Below, in pieces: positions 1 to 13,445 of a stretch of DNA of 64,000 nucleotides. The notes beneath the pieces are model-generated. The model was not told the DNA's origin. It did no database searches and saw nothing but the letters and a program-made list of their open reading frames with translations. The stretch's first letter is position 1. Each line of letters starts with the position of its first letter. The position numbers and the translations under genes were made by a program. The DNA lies in the NCBI GenBank assembly GCA_951406725.2, contig OX597825.1:22444001-22508000 (forward strand). Reading direction: 5' to 3'. The stretch comes from Octopus vulgaris (taxonomy: Eukaryota).

Positions 1-329
1 GAAAATAAAGGAAAATAGGAAGGCAAAATCAACAGACAAACAAAAGAAACCGTTATTGGGTTTCAACTTTTCTGCCTTACTTCCCATCAAATGTATGAGA
101 CGAATATCAACAGAATGGAAACCATTTTCTCGCAATCAAACCGATAACAAAATGGTTTCATGTAAATATCAGACGAATACTCTTGTACATGAAAGTTTAT
201 CGTACTCAAACAAATCACACGTTGCAATAATGGAATATTATCGCATTCAATCGATTAATCCTGCACATCAATGACGCATGGATAGATTTAATATTAGAAA
301 TTTCATGTGAAGAAGGGAATGGAATTTTG

Positions 330-1860
330 ATTATGTATTTTAAAATGTTTTCGTGTATACTGAGCGAAAATCTTTTCTAGACAACGTCTTTAAACACAAG
401 AACAAATATGGCGAAATATCTGAAAGAGATTGTCTAGTGTGGTGTATCAAGGGACGAGCCATACTTTCTCTATCATTTTGACACTTTTGAGAAAGGCAGC
501 GTAATGCCTGGGCGTTGACAATATAGAACGTTTGGTCTACTACAGACAAAATGAGATTGAGGAAACAATGTGACGGTATTCTTGAACATGAACGTAGTAA
601 CCAGCTTAAATATATTTATATACTGTTGAGAGATGAAAAGGTTTTGATGAAATATTCAGTCACATGAGGTGTGGAAATGTTTGTGCATACACAAACCCTA
701 GCAGTAGAATCTGACTGGACTAAAATATTCTGATTTACTTTATTTTATTTTAGGATGAAAGAAGTAAGTGAACGTTCTGTGTTAACGTTAAATCAGACGG
801 GTGATATTCCCCATAGCGACTTCCTTGAGCTGGTTGAACGTTTGTCGCATTGGTATCATCTACACGAAACCAAAGCTATGGAGGTCACAAAGCCAGAGAA
901 AAAAGTGGGGTGGAAAGTTGCAAGTGTATTACTTGTCAGCGAAATAACAATAACAAATATTCTCTTTCTCAGTGTCCCGATCTCTGTGAAAGATCAAATA
1001 CAAAATACTACTGAATAACAATTGGTATAACATCTGGTTCAAAGATGTCAAACAGAATACATTTGACATCTCTTACTTTCAACATATAAATTATGAATTT
1101 ACGTTTCAAGAGAAATTTCTCACTTTCGTATAAAGCGGTTTCTGAGACTGCGATTGGATATACAACACTTAGAACAAAAATATAATTCTCTTGAAAGAAT
1201 GTAAGGGTCATGAGTACCACACTGGCCCAGCTTTACAAACACGATAAGAAGAGTTTATTACATTGAAGTTGTGTGGCACTAATGTAACTTGACTACTACT
1301 GGAGCTCGTTAAAATATCTTTTCCTAATTTAAGTCAAAATTACTCTGATACTCAGAGGCTGTCAACCATTGCATTTTATATGATCTAACGGTGGAGGCGC
1401 AATGGCCCAGTGGTTAGGGCAGCGGACTCGCGGTCATAGGATCGCGGTTTCGATTCCCAGACCGGGCGTTGTGAGTGTTTATTGAGCGAAAACACCTAAA
1501 GCTCCACGAGGCTCCGGCAGGGGATGGTGGTGATCCCTGCTGTACTCTTTCACCACAACTTTCTCTCACTCTTACTTCCTGTTTCTGTTGTATCTGTATT
1601 TCAAAGGACCGGTCTTGTCACTCTCTGTGTCACGCTGAATATCCCCGAGAACTACGTTAAGGGTACACGTGTCTGTGGAGTGCTCAGCCACTTACACGTT
1701 AATTTCACGAGCTGGCTGTTCCGTTGATTCAGATCAACCGGAACCCTCGTCGTCGTAACCGAGGGAGTGCTTCAAGATATGATCTAACGAAATGTTTGAA
1801 TTGACTGCGGGAAATACTTTGCATCTGATTTCAAATCTCTGCCAGATATATAGTACGCAA
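330..1860 (+). pseudogene. Degenerate hAT (ZMYM1-like/DUF4371-type) transposase fossil, interrupted by the SINE at 1391-1776
   Basis: Broken frames give collinear motifs resembling this family from memory: ILEHERSNQ (~EHE.S..H), SDFLELVERLSHW (~GNFLELLELL), KLQVYYLSA (~HYLS..SQNE), TFDISY, FQEKFLTF (~IQERFL.F), ECKGHEYHTG (~CRGQGYDNG), TLKLCG (~TLNLCG) and, after the SINE, GNTLHLIS (~G.SLH.LS.TRW). Many stops and frameshifts; boundaries approximate. Confidence 0.6.
1391..1776 (+). mobile_element. tRNA-derived SINE, full length (core A + tail 1)
   Basis: A box TGGCCCAGTGG and B box GGTTTCGATTCC. 13-bp TSD atatgatctaacg at 1378-1390 and 1777-1789. Near-identical inverted copy at 15739-16124. 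Confidence 0.92.
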
Positions 1861-2067
1861 TTATACTCAGAAGATGACAGAAAAATTGCAATATACTTAT
1901 GCTTTGTATTTTGCTTTATTTACGAACATGAATAATTATATTACGGTTTATAAAAAATCTTTCAATTATTGTTGAAAAGTGCGAGCCTTAAAACATGATC
2001 GATTAATGTACCCCATTTACACGATACGTATGTATAATCATATCTACTTGCACAACTACGTAACAAA

Positions 2068-2455
2068 CATAGTGTGGCTGTGTAATAAGAGGCTTGCTTT
2101 TCAACCACACGGCTCCGGGTTCAGTCCCATTGCGTGGTACCTTCGCCAAGTGACTGCTTCTATAGCTTCAAGCCGAATAAAGCCTTAAGAGTAGATTTGG
2201 TAGACGGAAAATAAAAGACGTCCTTCGTATATGTGTGTGTGTGTGTGTGTGCGTGTATGTGTATGTATCTGTATTTATCCTCCCACTATCGCTTGACAAC
2301 CGATGTTGGTGTGTTTACGTCCTCGTAACTTAGCGGTTCAGGAGGAGGGGAAGATAGAATAAGTACTAGGCTTAAAAAGTGCAAACACCGAGGTCGATTT
2401 GTTTGATTAAAGGCGATGCTCCAGCATGGCCGCATCAAATGACAGAAACAAGTAA

Positions 2456-2460
<5 letters not shown>
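2068..2460 (+). mobile_element. tRNA-derived CORE-like SINE with internal (TG)n ('family K')
   Basis: Head gtggctgtgtaataag..gggttcagtccc, then gatttggtagacggaaa, (TG)n, gcttgacaaccgatg and ctccagcatggccgc..gaaacaagtaaaa. Matches the inverted copy at 43524-43925. Confidence 0.85.
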
Positions 2461-2504
<44 letters not shown>

Positions 2505-2740
2505 AGCACACATATATTTTACTCTTTTACTAGATTCAGTCATTTCATCATATATTCATATACGCATGTGCGTATGTTAGAGAAAAGAATGTAATACATT
2601 CTCCTTAAAATGTTGGTAAAGCTCTTTGAAAGTACAGGAGATATTCATTCTGCAACAAGAACACAAACTTGAAAAATTCAATATACGCACTGGGCGTAAC
2701 AAGTAATAGATACACGCGTTTATATATATATATATATATC

Positions 2741-2920
2741 ATTAGCCACTACACACATTTTTTCTCTCCTTTTTTCTCTCCTTGCTTTTTTTGTGTCCCT
2801 TTCTGTAGAAGAGCGTAGGCTCGAAACGTAAAAGACTTTTTCTAATCCTGAGCGTTATACTAATACATCTGTTTTTTGTACACCACCTGTCTTCGTGTTT
2901 TGTGTTTTCGTAAATTCTCA
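2741..2920 (+). mobile_element. ~180-bp (TA)n-embedded repeat (family P1), probable Penelope-like terminal fragment with a hammerhead-like motif
   Basis: Shared block ctttctgtagaagagcgtaggctcgaaacgtaaaag..cctgagcgttatactaatacatctg..caccacctgtcttcg recurs at ~11330-11530, 13245-13445 and 37020-37212, each next to TA/ACAT repeats. Confidence 0.65.
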
Positions 2921-3185
<265 letters not shown>

Positions 3186-3995
3186 TCATGTATATTTATA
3201 TTTAAAACGGTAAAACATTGAAAGAAACAGCCGCTCAATATCTTTCAATAAAGTATCACCTTTAGTTTTACTAATAAAAAGTTGAACAGTCTGGTAGTTT
3301 TGCTTAGTACACTTCATTCGCCCACTCAGACGGACAGTTTCATGAACACAAGAAAATATATATTTATATGATAGTTTACGTATGTATATATATTTGTGTC
3401 TGCATTCACATGAGCACAAACCATACGTATATTGTGTGGAAATGTATGCGCCATTGGTGTGCATTTTAAATTCTGAGAGATAATAGGTTCGATTTACATA
3501 TGAATGAATCTCTTCGTTGTCTCCGACAACTAGTGCCATACTTGGAAGCCAAAATTTCCATTAAAATTATTTAGAATGACTAAATGATTTGAACGTATGG
3601 ATAAATAAAACGAATCAGAATGATATATGTAAAGTGCTATCATAATAGGGACAGAAGTATTGATGTCGTACACATAATAGCTGGATAATAGGTCTCTGAA
3701 ATATCAATGAATTTCAGTAAATATCTATCAATGCATATGGAGTGAAGGCAATCTCATGAATTATTTCGACATCCGGTTTTGATGATTTAGTGAAACTTTT
3801 TTTCTTTCACATTTTATTGTTCCAAATCGAAACCATATCGATACGGATGAATACATTTTTTTCGACGATGTGTTTTAGTCAAAAGAAATACATTTCAAAA
3901 CATGTCTGATAATTCTATTCTTTCATGGCGCAATATATATTCAGAAAACAATGTGTGAGTCATTTCAATCGTTAACCGTCGACTAAAGATTATTA

Positions 3996-4416
3996 GGATC
4001 TTTTCGGTTTGAACGGCAGCTTTTTTCTCGCGGTGTCATATGAAATTGTCACCCATAGTTATGACCCTAGTATCGATCTATTGCATTTCAATCTGGGCTA
4101 GGGTTAGGGTTAAGTTAAGGTTGAGGGGAAGGGTATCTTTTTTCTTCACAAATGTAACTAAACCCAATCTGTTTCTTAAACGAGGGACATATTCATAGGG
4201 CACAGAATGTTTTTTACCACAATAGACGTTATTGATTGGTTGAAATTGCAGAAATTGAAGAAAAAAACAACAAATATCTTACAAACTATAGAATGTTCTC
4301 AATAAACCCAAGAGAAAAAGATGTTTTATAAGCACATTCTACCAGTATACGAAGTTTAAATTTTTTTAGTTACCTAGAAATTATGTTAAAAACTGCCGTT
4401 CAAACCGAAAAGATCC
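3996..4416. mobile_element. MITE with 24-bp TIRs and 8-bp TSD (GG termini, Merlin-like) containing TTAGGG-like repeats
   Basis: TIR ggatcttttcggtttgaacggcag / ctgccgttcaaaccgaaaagatcc. TSD gattatta at 3988-3995 and 4417-4424. Second copy at 33950-34364. Confidence 0.9.
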
Positions 4417-4496
4417 GATTATTAGGATTTCCAGCATATTATATACAGTCTCCACGTAGCATTTTACAAGAACCAGCGGATTTTTAAAAATAGAAA

Positions 4497-4763
4497 TATT
4501 GGTTTTGGCAGATAAATTCGTTCGTTTACGTTATTTTCATTTTATTTCGTATTTCATTGTAATATGATCGAAAAGAGGTAAAATGTATTAAAATTTGCTA
4601 AAAACAATAAACAAAAGATTTAGAGACAGAATACAGCTTCAGAGAATCACTAAACACTAGAATAAAACATTTTTTTTTTTTGTGTTAATTCAAATAACAT
4701 TGCAAAATTTTAAAATGAATGAAGAAATAAAAATAACGAACGAATTTGTCTAACAATCTAATA
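4497..4763. mobile_element. Degenerate Tc1/mariner-type MITE
   Basis: Imperfect inverted termini tattggttttggcagataaattcgttcgtt / aacgaacgaatttgtctaacaatctaata with TA at the ends. Confidence 0.5.
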
Positions 4764-5204
4764 CCCTCTGACAATCCCCCTGACATTTCAAATAAATATT
4801 TATAATTTATCACATTTCAATTTATGATGCAATAATTACGACGCGCTATAAATCTGGACATGATTATACTTGAAATATAATAATATATCTTAATAGCGAC
4901 ATTCCAGAAGAACCGAATAACACGCCTCGTAATTCTTCTACATTTTTTCTGAAACATTTTTTATAGACAAAGGGAAGGGGGAATTTGTGTGAGTTGACAG
5001 TTTTATGATACAATTGATATTTGCGATGGATATGTTTTAGTTTTATGCTAGGGCATTAAAATAAGTGTGTTCTCACATTACAATGGATAACTAAATCAAG
5101 ATTAATTACTACAACTTAATATCTATTATTCGCCTGAACGAGCCACAAATGCATTCAAAGATTAATATCCCTCAGAAGAAATAACTATATGAAGAAAAAA
5201 AAAT

Positions 5205-5446
5205 GTTTCCTTCTCGAGGCATGCCAGGTGCATGAGGACCGGTTTCCATGTCTCAGTGGCGTATATTTTCCCACCTGGACCGGAGGCTGATCGGTCACAG
5301 GATTAATTCATCCCTGCCAGTTGAGTGGACTGGAGCAACGTGAAGTGTTTTGGTCAAGAACACAACGTATCGCTCGGTCTAGGAATCGAAATTTCAATCT
5401 TACGATCATGATTCTAACACCTAAGCCACTAAGCCATGTGCCTTCA
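5205..5446 (-). mobile_element. tRNA-derived CORE-type SINE (core D + tail 3)
   Basis: Minus strand reads tggcttagtggcttagg..tttcgattcc..tgtgttcttgaccaaaacacttcacgttgctccagtccactcaactggca. Homologous to 49686-49897 and 53109-53357. Confidence 0.8.
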
Positions 5447-5452
5447 ATAACT

Positions 5453-5498
<46 letters not shown>

Positions 5499-5630
5499 GT
5501 TCAGCAAAATTTAGATTCAAATGAATATGGTACTTAAGTCAGACGCACCAGAATTTTGCACTGTGTTATCAATATAAATCCATGGGGTGATACATATATA
5601 TATACATGCATACTTATATTAATACACACG

Positions 5631-5682
<52 letters not shown>

Positions 5683-6007
5683 ACATACAGAAAGTCATGT
5701 ATAAACATACATGTACACACACGCATATTTATATATGAAGGACAGATTTATTAATTTCGTATGCAACGCCTAAGTTAATTGCAAATTATTTCTTAGTTTC
5801 TGTAAAAGACATAAGCCTAGCAGCAATTGTTATTGACCGTCAAAGGAAAGGGGAAACATTTTCAATAAATTAAGAATAATATAAGAATTAATTTCTGATA
5901 ATTAATTCATCTACTAGTGAATAAAACATAATTGGTCAAGTGAAGACAATACTCTTGAGTACGTAACATCTTACAGGAAATCATTTTTCCAGGAGAATTT
6001 ATGCATT

Positions 6008-6273
6008 GTGAAGACGAGTGGCTTAGTGGTTGGGGTATTAAGTCCACGATAGTAATGTGAGTTCCATTCCCGGCAAAAATGAGTAGTATCTGTATTTCAA
6101 AGGACCAGCAAGCAGCCTTGTCACATTCCGTGTCACGCTATATTTGCCTGACAGCGACGTTACAGGCACTCATGGTTGTGGAGTCCTTAGCCGTATGCAC
6201 GTCAGTTTCACGAGAAAGGCTGTTCTGTTGATCGAATTAACTAGAACCCTCGTCTTCGTAACCTACAGAGTGC
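6008..6273 (+). mobile_element. Degenerate SINE: tRNA head + remnant of core D + tail 1
   Basis: gtggcttagtggttgggg head and ggcaaaaatgagta, then tgtatttcaaaggacc..cttgtcac..gaaccctcgtcttcgtaacc, as in the tail of 1391-1776. Confidence 0.75.
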
Positions 6274-7258
6274 CGTGTTGGAATAACTCAAGCGAAGTCT
6301 ATTGGCTAAGGAGCAAAACGCTTGTAACTTTTGATACCTGCTGATATTCTACAAGTGTTTCCGATATTGCGATGGATTCAGTAGAGCTTATAATACGTCT
6401 GTGTAGCTCTTGCAGATTGGTGTGCGAAGCAAAGTACCTACCTTGTTTATATCATTTCTGCGTTTGCATATGTTTGCTTACGGGTTTACTCTTTGTGACT
6501 ATGTAAAATGTTCAGAAAGAAACAGAAATCAAAATGCCACGATCTTTTCAATCAATTGATATGTACGGTTCATCGCATTATCGATTGAACGAATTTGGAA
6601 TTCGGAAAATTACATCAAGATTATTTCACATAATATACTTCTATGCATGTGTGACATTGTTACTTAACAGAAAAAAAAAACGAGAAGAACTAAATTAAAT
6701 ACTTCAGCTTTTTAATTTGTTTTAACAGTGGTACACATTTGTGAGTCCATTTGAAAGATACATAAATGATAAACATAATTAAATTAATCACGCTTCGTCT
6801 TTCATCATCGTATATACACTCTATAATTCTTAGAGCCAATATATCTATACTCCATGATAGTATGTAGCAGAGCGAAATCATTTTCCAAGTGGCAATTGTA
6901 CTGTAAACGAGGATATATTCTTCTAAATGTAAGGTAATATGCCATGCTTTATAAAGCCATGTAAATATACATACATAGATACATACGTACGTACATACAA
7001 ACATACATACATATGTATATATATATTAGATATATATAAATATGTGTAGAATATTTATTCTCAATGTTTTGTTAATCTACTATAATAAATATTTCTAAAC
7101 AATTGTTCTTACAGCCCCTTATAGTATGGTCGCAACTGCATTTAAATATTTATATATATATACGTGTATGTGTGTGTGTGTGTGTATAAATACGTACGTA
7201 TATAGACATGTGCATGCATACATATGTGTGTGTGAATGAATACATGTATATATATATA

Positions 7259-7609
7259 GTGGTATTTCGTCTGTCGAATTCCGCCGAGGTCGACTTTGCC
7301 TTTCATCCTTTCGGGGTCGATAAATTAAGTACCAGTTACGAACTGGGATCGATGTAATCGACTTAATCCGTTTGTCTGTCTTTGCTTGTCCCCTCTGTGT
7401 TTAGTCCCTTGTGAGTAGTAAAGATATAGGTATTTCGTCTGTCGTTAAGTTGTGAGTTCAAATTCCGCCGAGGTCGACTTTGCCTTTCATCCTTTCGGGG
7501 TCGATAAATTAAGTACCAGTTACCCACTGGGGTCGATGTAATCGACTTAATCTGTTTGTCTGTCCTTGTTTGTCCCCTCTATGTTTAGCCCCTTGTGGGT
7601 AGTAACGAA
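7259..7609 (+). mobile_element. SINE family M, two tandem bodies, head missing
   Basis: Two units of gtatttcgtc..ccgaggtcgactttgcctttcatcctttcggggtcgataaattaagtacc..ccttgtgggtagtaa. Confidence 0.88.
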
Positions 7610-7762
7610 ATATATATATATATGGGATAAATTAAGAGAAAACATATAGAGGACATGGCCTTTTGTACTATGCTCGAAAAGAATGACAGTGATGGAGGCA
7701 TTTGTGTCGTCGCTAACTACTATCTTAAGCAGAAAGACGTCTGAAAATAGTCGAAAAATATT

Positions 7763-7979
7763 CTTTTCTACGCTAGGCATAAGGCCCGAAATTGTGGAAG
7801 ATAAGACTAGTCGATCAGATCGACTACAGGACGCAACTTGTACTTAATATATCAACCCCGAAAGGATCAAAGGCAAAGTCGACTTCTGCGGAATTTGAAC
7901 TCAGAACGTAACGGCAGACGATATACGGCTTACACGTTTCGCCCAGCGTGGTTACGTTTCTGCCAGAGTTGCCGCCTTA
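7763..7979 (-). mobile_element. SINE family M with alternative tail (..aatttcgggccttatgcctagcgtagaaaaga)
   Basis: Head aaggcggc..tggcagaaacg and B box gagttcaaattcc on the minus strand, plus the gtcgactttgccttt central domain. Confidence 0.82.
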
Positions 7980-8296
7980 TGTCGGAAAAAATTGCCCTCT
8001 GTTTCAATACAATTTAATCATTCCGTTGCTCCGTGTTCTATGCAAGACGATTATATGTACAGATATCTATGGACTGCAATCACTGTCTGGTTCATGTTTG
8101 CCTAACTAAAATTTTTTAGAAAAAAAGAGGAAACAGAAAAAGTCAAACATAGAAAAAATGACGTAAAGTAAAGAAAAAAATAACAATGAAAACCAATCTG
8201 TCAAGCAATAGACTATCATGGGACAATGGAATTCTTTATCTAATCATCGGTAAATATATGCACATACATAACGCAGAAGAAGAGGCGCACAGAGAA

Positions 8297-8395
<99 letters not shown>

Positions 8396-8506
8396 GACAT
8401 ATATTATATATATATTTTTATATTCATATAAATATTTATATATATTTATATATTTATAGATATCTATATATACAGGCATATATATATAAGTTTATGTATA
8501 TATATG

Positions 8507-8564
<58 letters not shown>

Positions 8565-9138
8565 GGTGCATGTATATGTATGTATGTATATATATATACA
8601 TACATATATGAATAGACGTATACAGCTACATACATAGCGACAAGTATGTATATTTTATGACCATCTGCATGGGAGTTGTACAACATTAATACATAGCCAA
8701 AAGCACATACGCACATGTATATACAGACGCACACACACACACATACATATATATATATTCACTTATGTATACATAGACTTACGTATAGACAAACACATAT
8801 AGTTAACATACAGAACAGAAATAGACGTACACCACATAGTTGTAGAGAAACACAGGAACTCACACACTCACACAACCCCCACACCGCACACACTTGCATA
8901 CACGCATACACAAAAATACACAGACAAATATTTAACATCCAAACACGTAGTTGATATGCTGTACAAACTCATACAAAAATACCGATACGGACACATACTC
9001 ATACATACATACACATGCACGAACGTAAGTACATACACATGCAAGTATGGGATCACGCGCAAGATGATACTCACACAGAAACATATATATAGGTGGAGTG
9101 TGAAAAGGCACACTGTGACGCATATTCACGTATGTGAA

Positions 9139-9325
9139 CATCAAGTAACTAGTGAGAGCGAGGCACGGGTACAGAATGCTCGTGTAGCTAGTATGTGTGA
9201 AGCCAGAGGTAGCCCTTCCGTTTGTCGCCTCGGGTGGCCACAAAAGAACACATTGCCTATAGCAGACCCAAGAGTGCCGCCCGAGGCATACCACCCTATT
9301 GCCTCGCGTACTAGTTATGTTAGTG
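9139..9325. mobile_element. Old foldback MITE (hAT-like termini)
   Basis: Nested inverted repeats aactagtgagagcgaggca / tgcctcgcgtactagtt and gcctcgggtggc / gccgcccgaggc. Ends loosely resemble CAGTGGCGTAACTAG-type TIRs. Confidence 0.45.
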
Positions 9326-9436
9326 GCACAGAGATACAGATTTACACATACACACACACGAAAAACGGGCACATAAGAGAAAAAAAGCACATGCAGAAAC
9401 ACACACACACACACACATGCACACAACAACCACAAT

Positions 9437-9850
9437 ATACATTTCTTTATTGCCCACAAGGGGCTAAACATAGAGGGGACAAACAAGGACAGACAAACGG
9501 ATTAAGTCGATTAGATCGATCCCAGTGCTTAACTGGTACTTTATTTATCGACCCCGAAAGAATGAAAAGCAAAGTCGACCTCGGCAGAATTTGAACTAAG
9601 AACGTAACGGCAGAGGAAGTATCTTTTTCTCTATTACCCACAAGGGGCTAAACATAGAGGGGACAGACAAATGGATTATGTCCATTACATCGACCCCAGT
9701 GCGTAACTGGTACTTAATTTATCAACCCCCGAAAGGATAAAAGACAAAGTCGACCTAGGTGGAATTTGAACTAAGAACGTAACGGCAGACGAAATATCGC
9801 TAAGCATTTCGACCGGGGCGCTAACGTTTTTATGCCAGCTCGCCGCCTTA
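9437..9850 (-). mobile_element. SINE family M, one head + two tandem bodies
   Basis: Head at ~9800-9850 (taaggcggcgagctggc) and two body units. Confidence 0.88.
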
Positions 9851-10790
9851 CCACAATATGCACACGCACCCACACGTACACAAACCCGCAACACACGTGA
9901 TTGTGAACAATAATTTATTATATTTTCATATTATATATATATATATAAGAAACAATTCATGGAATCAGGAGCAGGTTTCTTCTATTGTACTTGCATGGCG
10001 TACTTTCAACATTAATGATTCTCTAAACTCGATAGCTTAAACGGAGCAAAGAAGAAAGAGACAAGAAAAAAAAACACATGTAACAATTTCCATTGGTCTT
10101 GTAGAGCAGCCACCATACAAGCTAGCACTATGATAAGTGCCTGGAGTGAGTCTTAATGCACAGAACAACCAAACATCTGCAGCGGAATACAAAAGAAATA
10201 AGTCTACTTTTATAAGTATTTTGTAACTGGAGAAACTGAATGCATAACAATAATAGATGTATCACTATAAGTCTTCCTTTACTGTTTGTTTACCGGTCTG
10301 TCGTTCTGTCTGCTTGTCTGTCAGGCTCCATGTCTATCTCTCTTTTCTGTGAAATATATGCGAATGTTTACTTGCCTACATATGGCATATAACTTATAGT
10401 TGCATAGCAATACCTCTCTTTCGCCCTCTCTCTCTCTGTCTGTCTGTCTTACTGTCTCTGTCTCTTTCTCTCTCTGCATAGACACGCACATATATATATA
10501 TATATATATATGTGCGTTTGTGCGTATGGTGTGTGTGTGTGTGTGTGCGTATGCATGTGCGCGCGTGTGTGTGTGTATTTGTGTTTGTGTTTGTGTTCGT
10601 GTGTGTGTGTGTGTACATAGCAACGCAGTTCCGATAACGGAGTGAGACAAAATCAATTGACAAAGTTGCAAAACAACGAAAATTTTGCGAAAGATAAACT
10701 ATAAATATTAAATGAGTGGAAATTTAACCGGTGTGTGTGTTAGATATTAAGGCCGTATGACTCTCTCCAGAAACAACAGAATACATACAC

Positions 10791-10915
<125 letters not shown>

Positions 10916-11084
10916 TGTGGGTGCAAGAATGGTTGTGTAGGTAACAAGCTTCGTTTACAAAATATGGCTCTGGGTTCAGGCCTGTCTAAGGCCTTCTAAG
11001 TGAATCTGGTAGACGGAAACTGAAAGAGGCCTGTGTTCTCTCTCAATCTCTCTCTCTCTGTCTCTCTCTCTCTTCTTTCTCTCT

Positions 11085-11149
<65 letters not shown>

Positions 11150-11329
11150 TTGTGTGTGTGTGTGTGTGTGTGACTGTGTCATTGTATAGAGTATTACGTG
11201 TGGTGTACAGATGGTGAATATTGAGAAAAATGGTTGCCAGAATTTTGGAAAAAAAACTTTTTATTTATTCATTATTTATAGCGCTTTTGTTCGTTTCTTG
11301 AACTTGTCAAATAGAATTTTGTGAATGTA

Positions 11330-11530
11330 AAAACAGCTTGTTCATTTGTACAATACTGATTGTTTTTTTGGGGGGCGGGGTTAGAAGAGGAGAATATTTT
11401 TGGTTTTTAGGTGGGGCAGGGGAAAAGCTCGAAACGTTAAAGATTTTTCAATTCCCGAGCGTTATACTAATACATCTGTTTGTTTTCTACATCACCTGTC
11501 TTTGTCTTTTTTTTTTGTGAATTATCCCTA
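11330..11530 (+). mobile_element. Family P1 repeat, degenerate
   Basis: gctcgaaacgttaaagatttttcaattcccgagcgttatactaatacatctg. Confidence 0.6.
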
Positions 11531-11702
11531 TATATACATATATATAAATATATACATATATATAAATATATTTCTTCTAAACTATGTCATTGTAAGAAAA
11601 AAATTGATAACATTCTTCAGACATATTGACTCAAATATATATTTTTTAACCTTTTAAAACAAGCCTTCTGTAGCTTTTTCACGTTTTACTATTTTCTCTC
11701 TC

Positions 11703-11773
<71 letters not shown>

Positions 11774-13054
11774 ATGTATGTATGTATATATATATATATA
11801 TATATAAATATATACATGCACATATATACATATATATCGTCTTTTTTTTTCTTAGTTCAAATCCGGGCCGAGATCGGTTTTGCCTATTATCTTTTCGGAT
11901 TCGATAAAATGAATACCAGTCAAACGCTGGTGTTGTTGTAATCGATTTACGCTCTTACCCTGAAATTTCTATCCTTGTTTACAAATTTAAAGCCAATATA
12001 TAAGTAACATGGTTGATTAAAATTTCTTTGCTCTAACCAGCGTATCATTGTAAGCGTTGTTGACAAGCGAATTAATAAAATATTACATGCAAAAAGAATT
12101 GTATCGTCATGTGTTTTGACTAAATAAATATTATATTATTTCAATTTGAAAAATAACTACTGTGGCTAAACTACGTGTGTGTTTACTAAAACCGCTAAAT
12201 GGGAAGATTAGTCTATATATTTTCATATTTCTCAAACTATGTGTAAAATTTTTTGTTAATCAATATGTTCAGTTCTTTCCGGTCGGACGATTATGCAAAT
12301 TAGAGACCATTTAAATTCTTCCTGAGTTTGCGTAAATTACAAACAGCAAAATAATCGATTGATACTTGGACAAAAAAAAAAAAAAATGAATACCCGACAT
12401 CATAATACACGCTAAATAACGCTGATAGTTTTGTATTTCTCTTCTTTTACTAACTTAAAACAGGAAATTCTCAACTTATTTTTGCCTTATTAGAGGAAAG
12501 ACGTTAAAATGTGCTTACTCGCTATTTCTCTTAAATCGGTGTATTACTGCTAAAAATAGTTCTCTGTGTATCTGTATGTGCGCGTATATGTGTATAACAA
12601 ATAAGATGAATTCTTGATTTATTGAAATAATCTCCGCTTCTAGACACACTTGACGACTCGCTCCATGTCAATTGGCTCCAACTCCAAATAAGAAGGTGAA
12701 ATAATCTGCATGTGGCCCGTTTACTAAACATAAAGTTCAATATTTGCTGATTCTGTAGTGTATTGTAGCAGACACACGTATCCACAGCAGTGTTCCTGTC
12801 TCTAGATAATCAGGGCATTTAATTAATGACATTAATACTGGTGAATATGTGATTATTGAGACGATCTCTCTTCATTGGTGCTCGTATCAATTGCTTTTGT
12901 TGACGCTCTTTGAGGGCAGAGATAATTTTATCAACTCCATTCTTTTCTATCTCCTTCTCCATACTCTTATTCATCTTCGTACTTCAAATACGTCCCAGGC
13001 CACTCTTAGCTATGTTTCTTAGAGCATTAACGTTTTACTTATAAACGCGTACAC

Positions 13055-13201
13055 ACATACATACATACATACATACATACATACATACATACATACATAC
13101 GGACATACATACATACATACATACATACATACATACGTACATACATACATACATACATACATACATACATACATACATACATACATACATACATACATAC
13201 A

Positions 13202-13230
<29 letters not shown>
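13055..13230. repeat. (ACAT)n tetranucleotide microsatellite
   Basis: Direct inspection. Confidence 0.97.
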
Positions 13231-13235
<5 letters not shown>

Positions 13236-13244
13236 CATCCATAT

Positions 13245-13445
13245 TTTCTCTGTTTATTTTCCCTCTTTATTTTCTCTTTTTTTACTTTTCTCTCCTTGTT
13301 TCTTTCTGTGTTCTTTTCTGTGGAAGAGCGTAGGCTCGAAACGTTAAAGACTTATTTCAATTACCGAGCATTTTACTAATACATCTGTTCGTTGTCGACA
13401 CCACCTGTCTTCGTCTTTTGTTTGGTTTTTATGAATCCTCCCTAC
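13245..13445 (+). mobile_element. Family P1 repeat
   Basis: ttttctgtggaagagcgtaggctcgaaacgttaaagac..caccacctgtcttcgtc, within ACAT repeats. Confidence 0.65.

Noticed and set aside
1391-1475. tRNA-like sequences here and at 16040-16124, 28650, 51320-51394 and 53109
   Set aside because: They are SINE heads: no closed acceptor stem, and they continue into shared SINE bodies with TSDs
4098-4128. TTAGGG repeats as a telomere or chromosome-fusion scar
   Set aside because: Only 2-3 units, internal to a MITE present twice
8932-9594. 184-aa and 212-aa ORFs
   Set aside because: They run through CA-rich repeats, an old MITE and a SINE, with no recognisable domain
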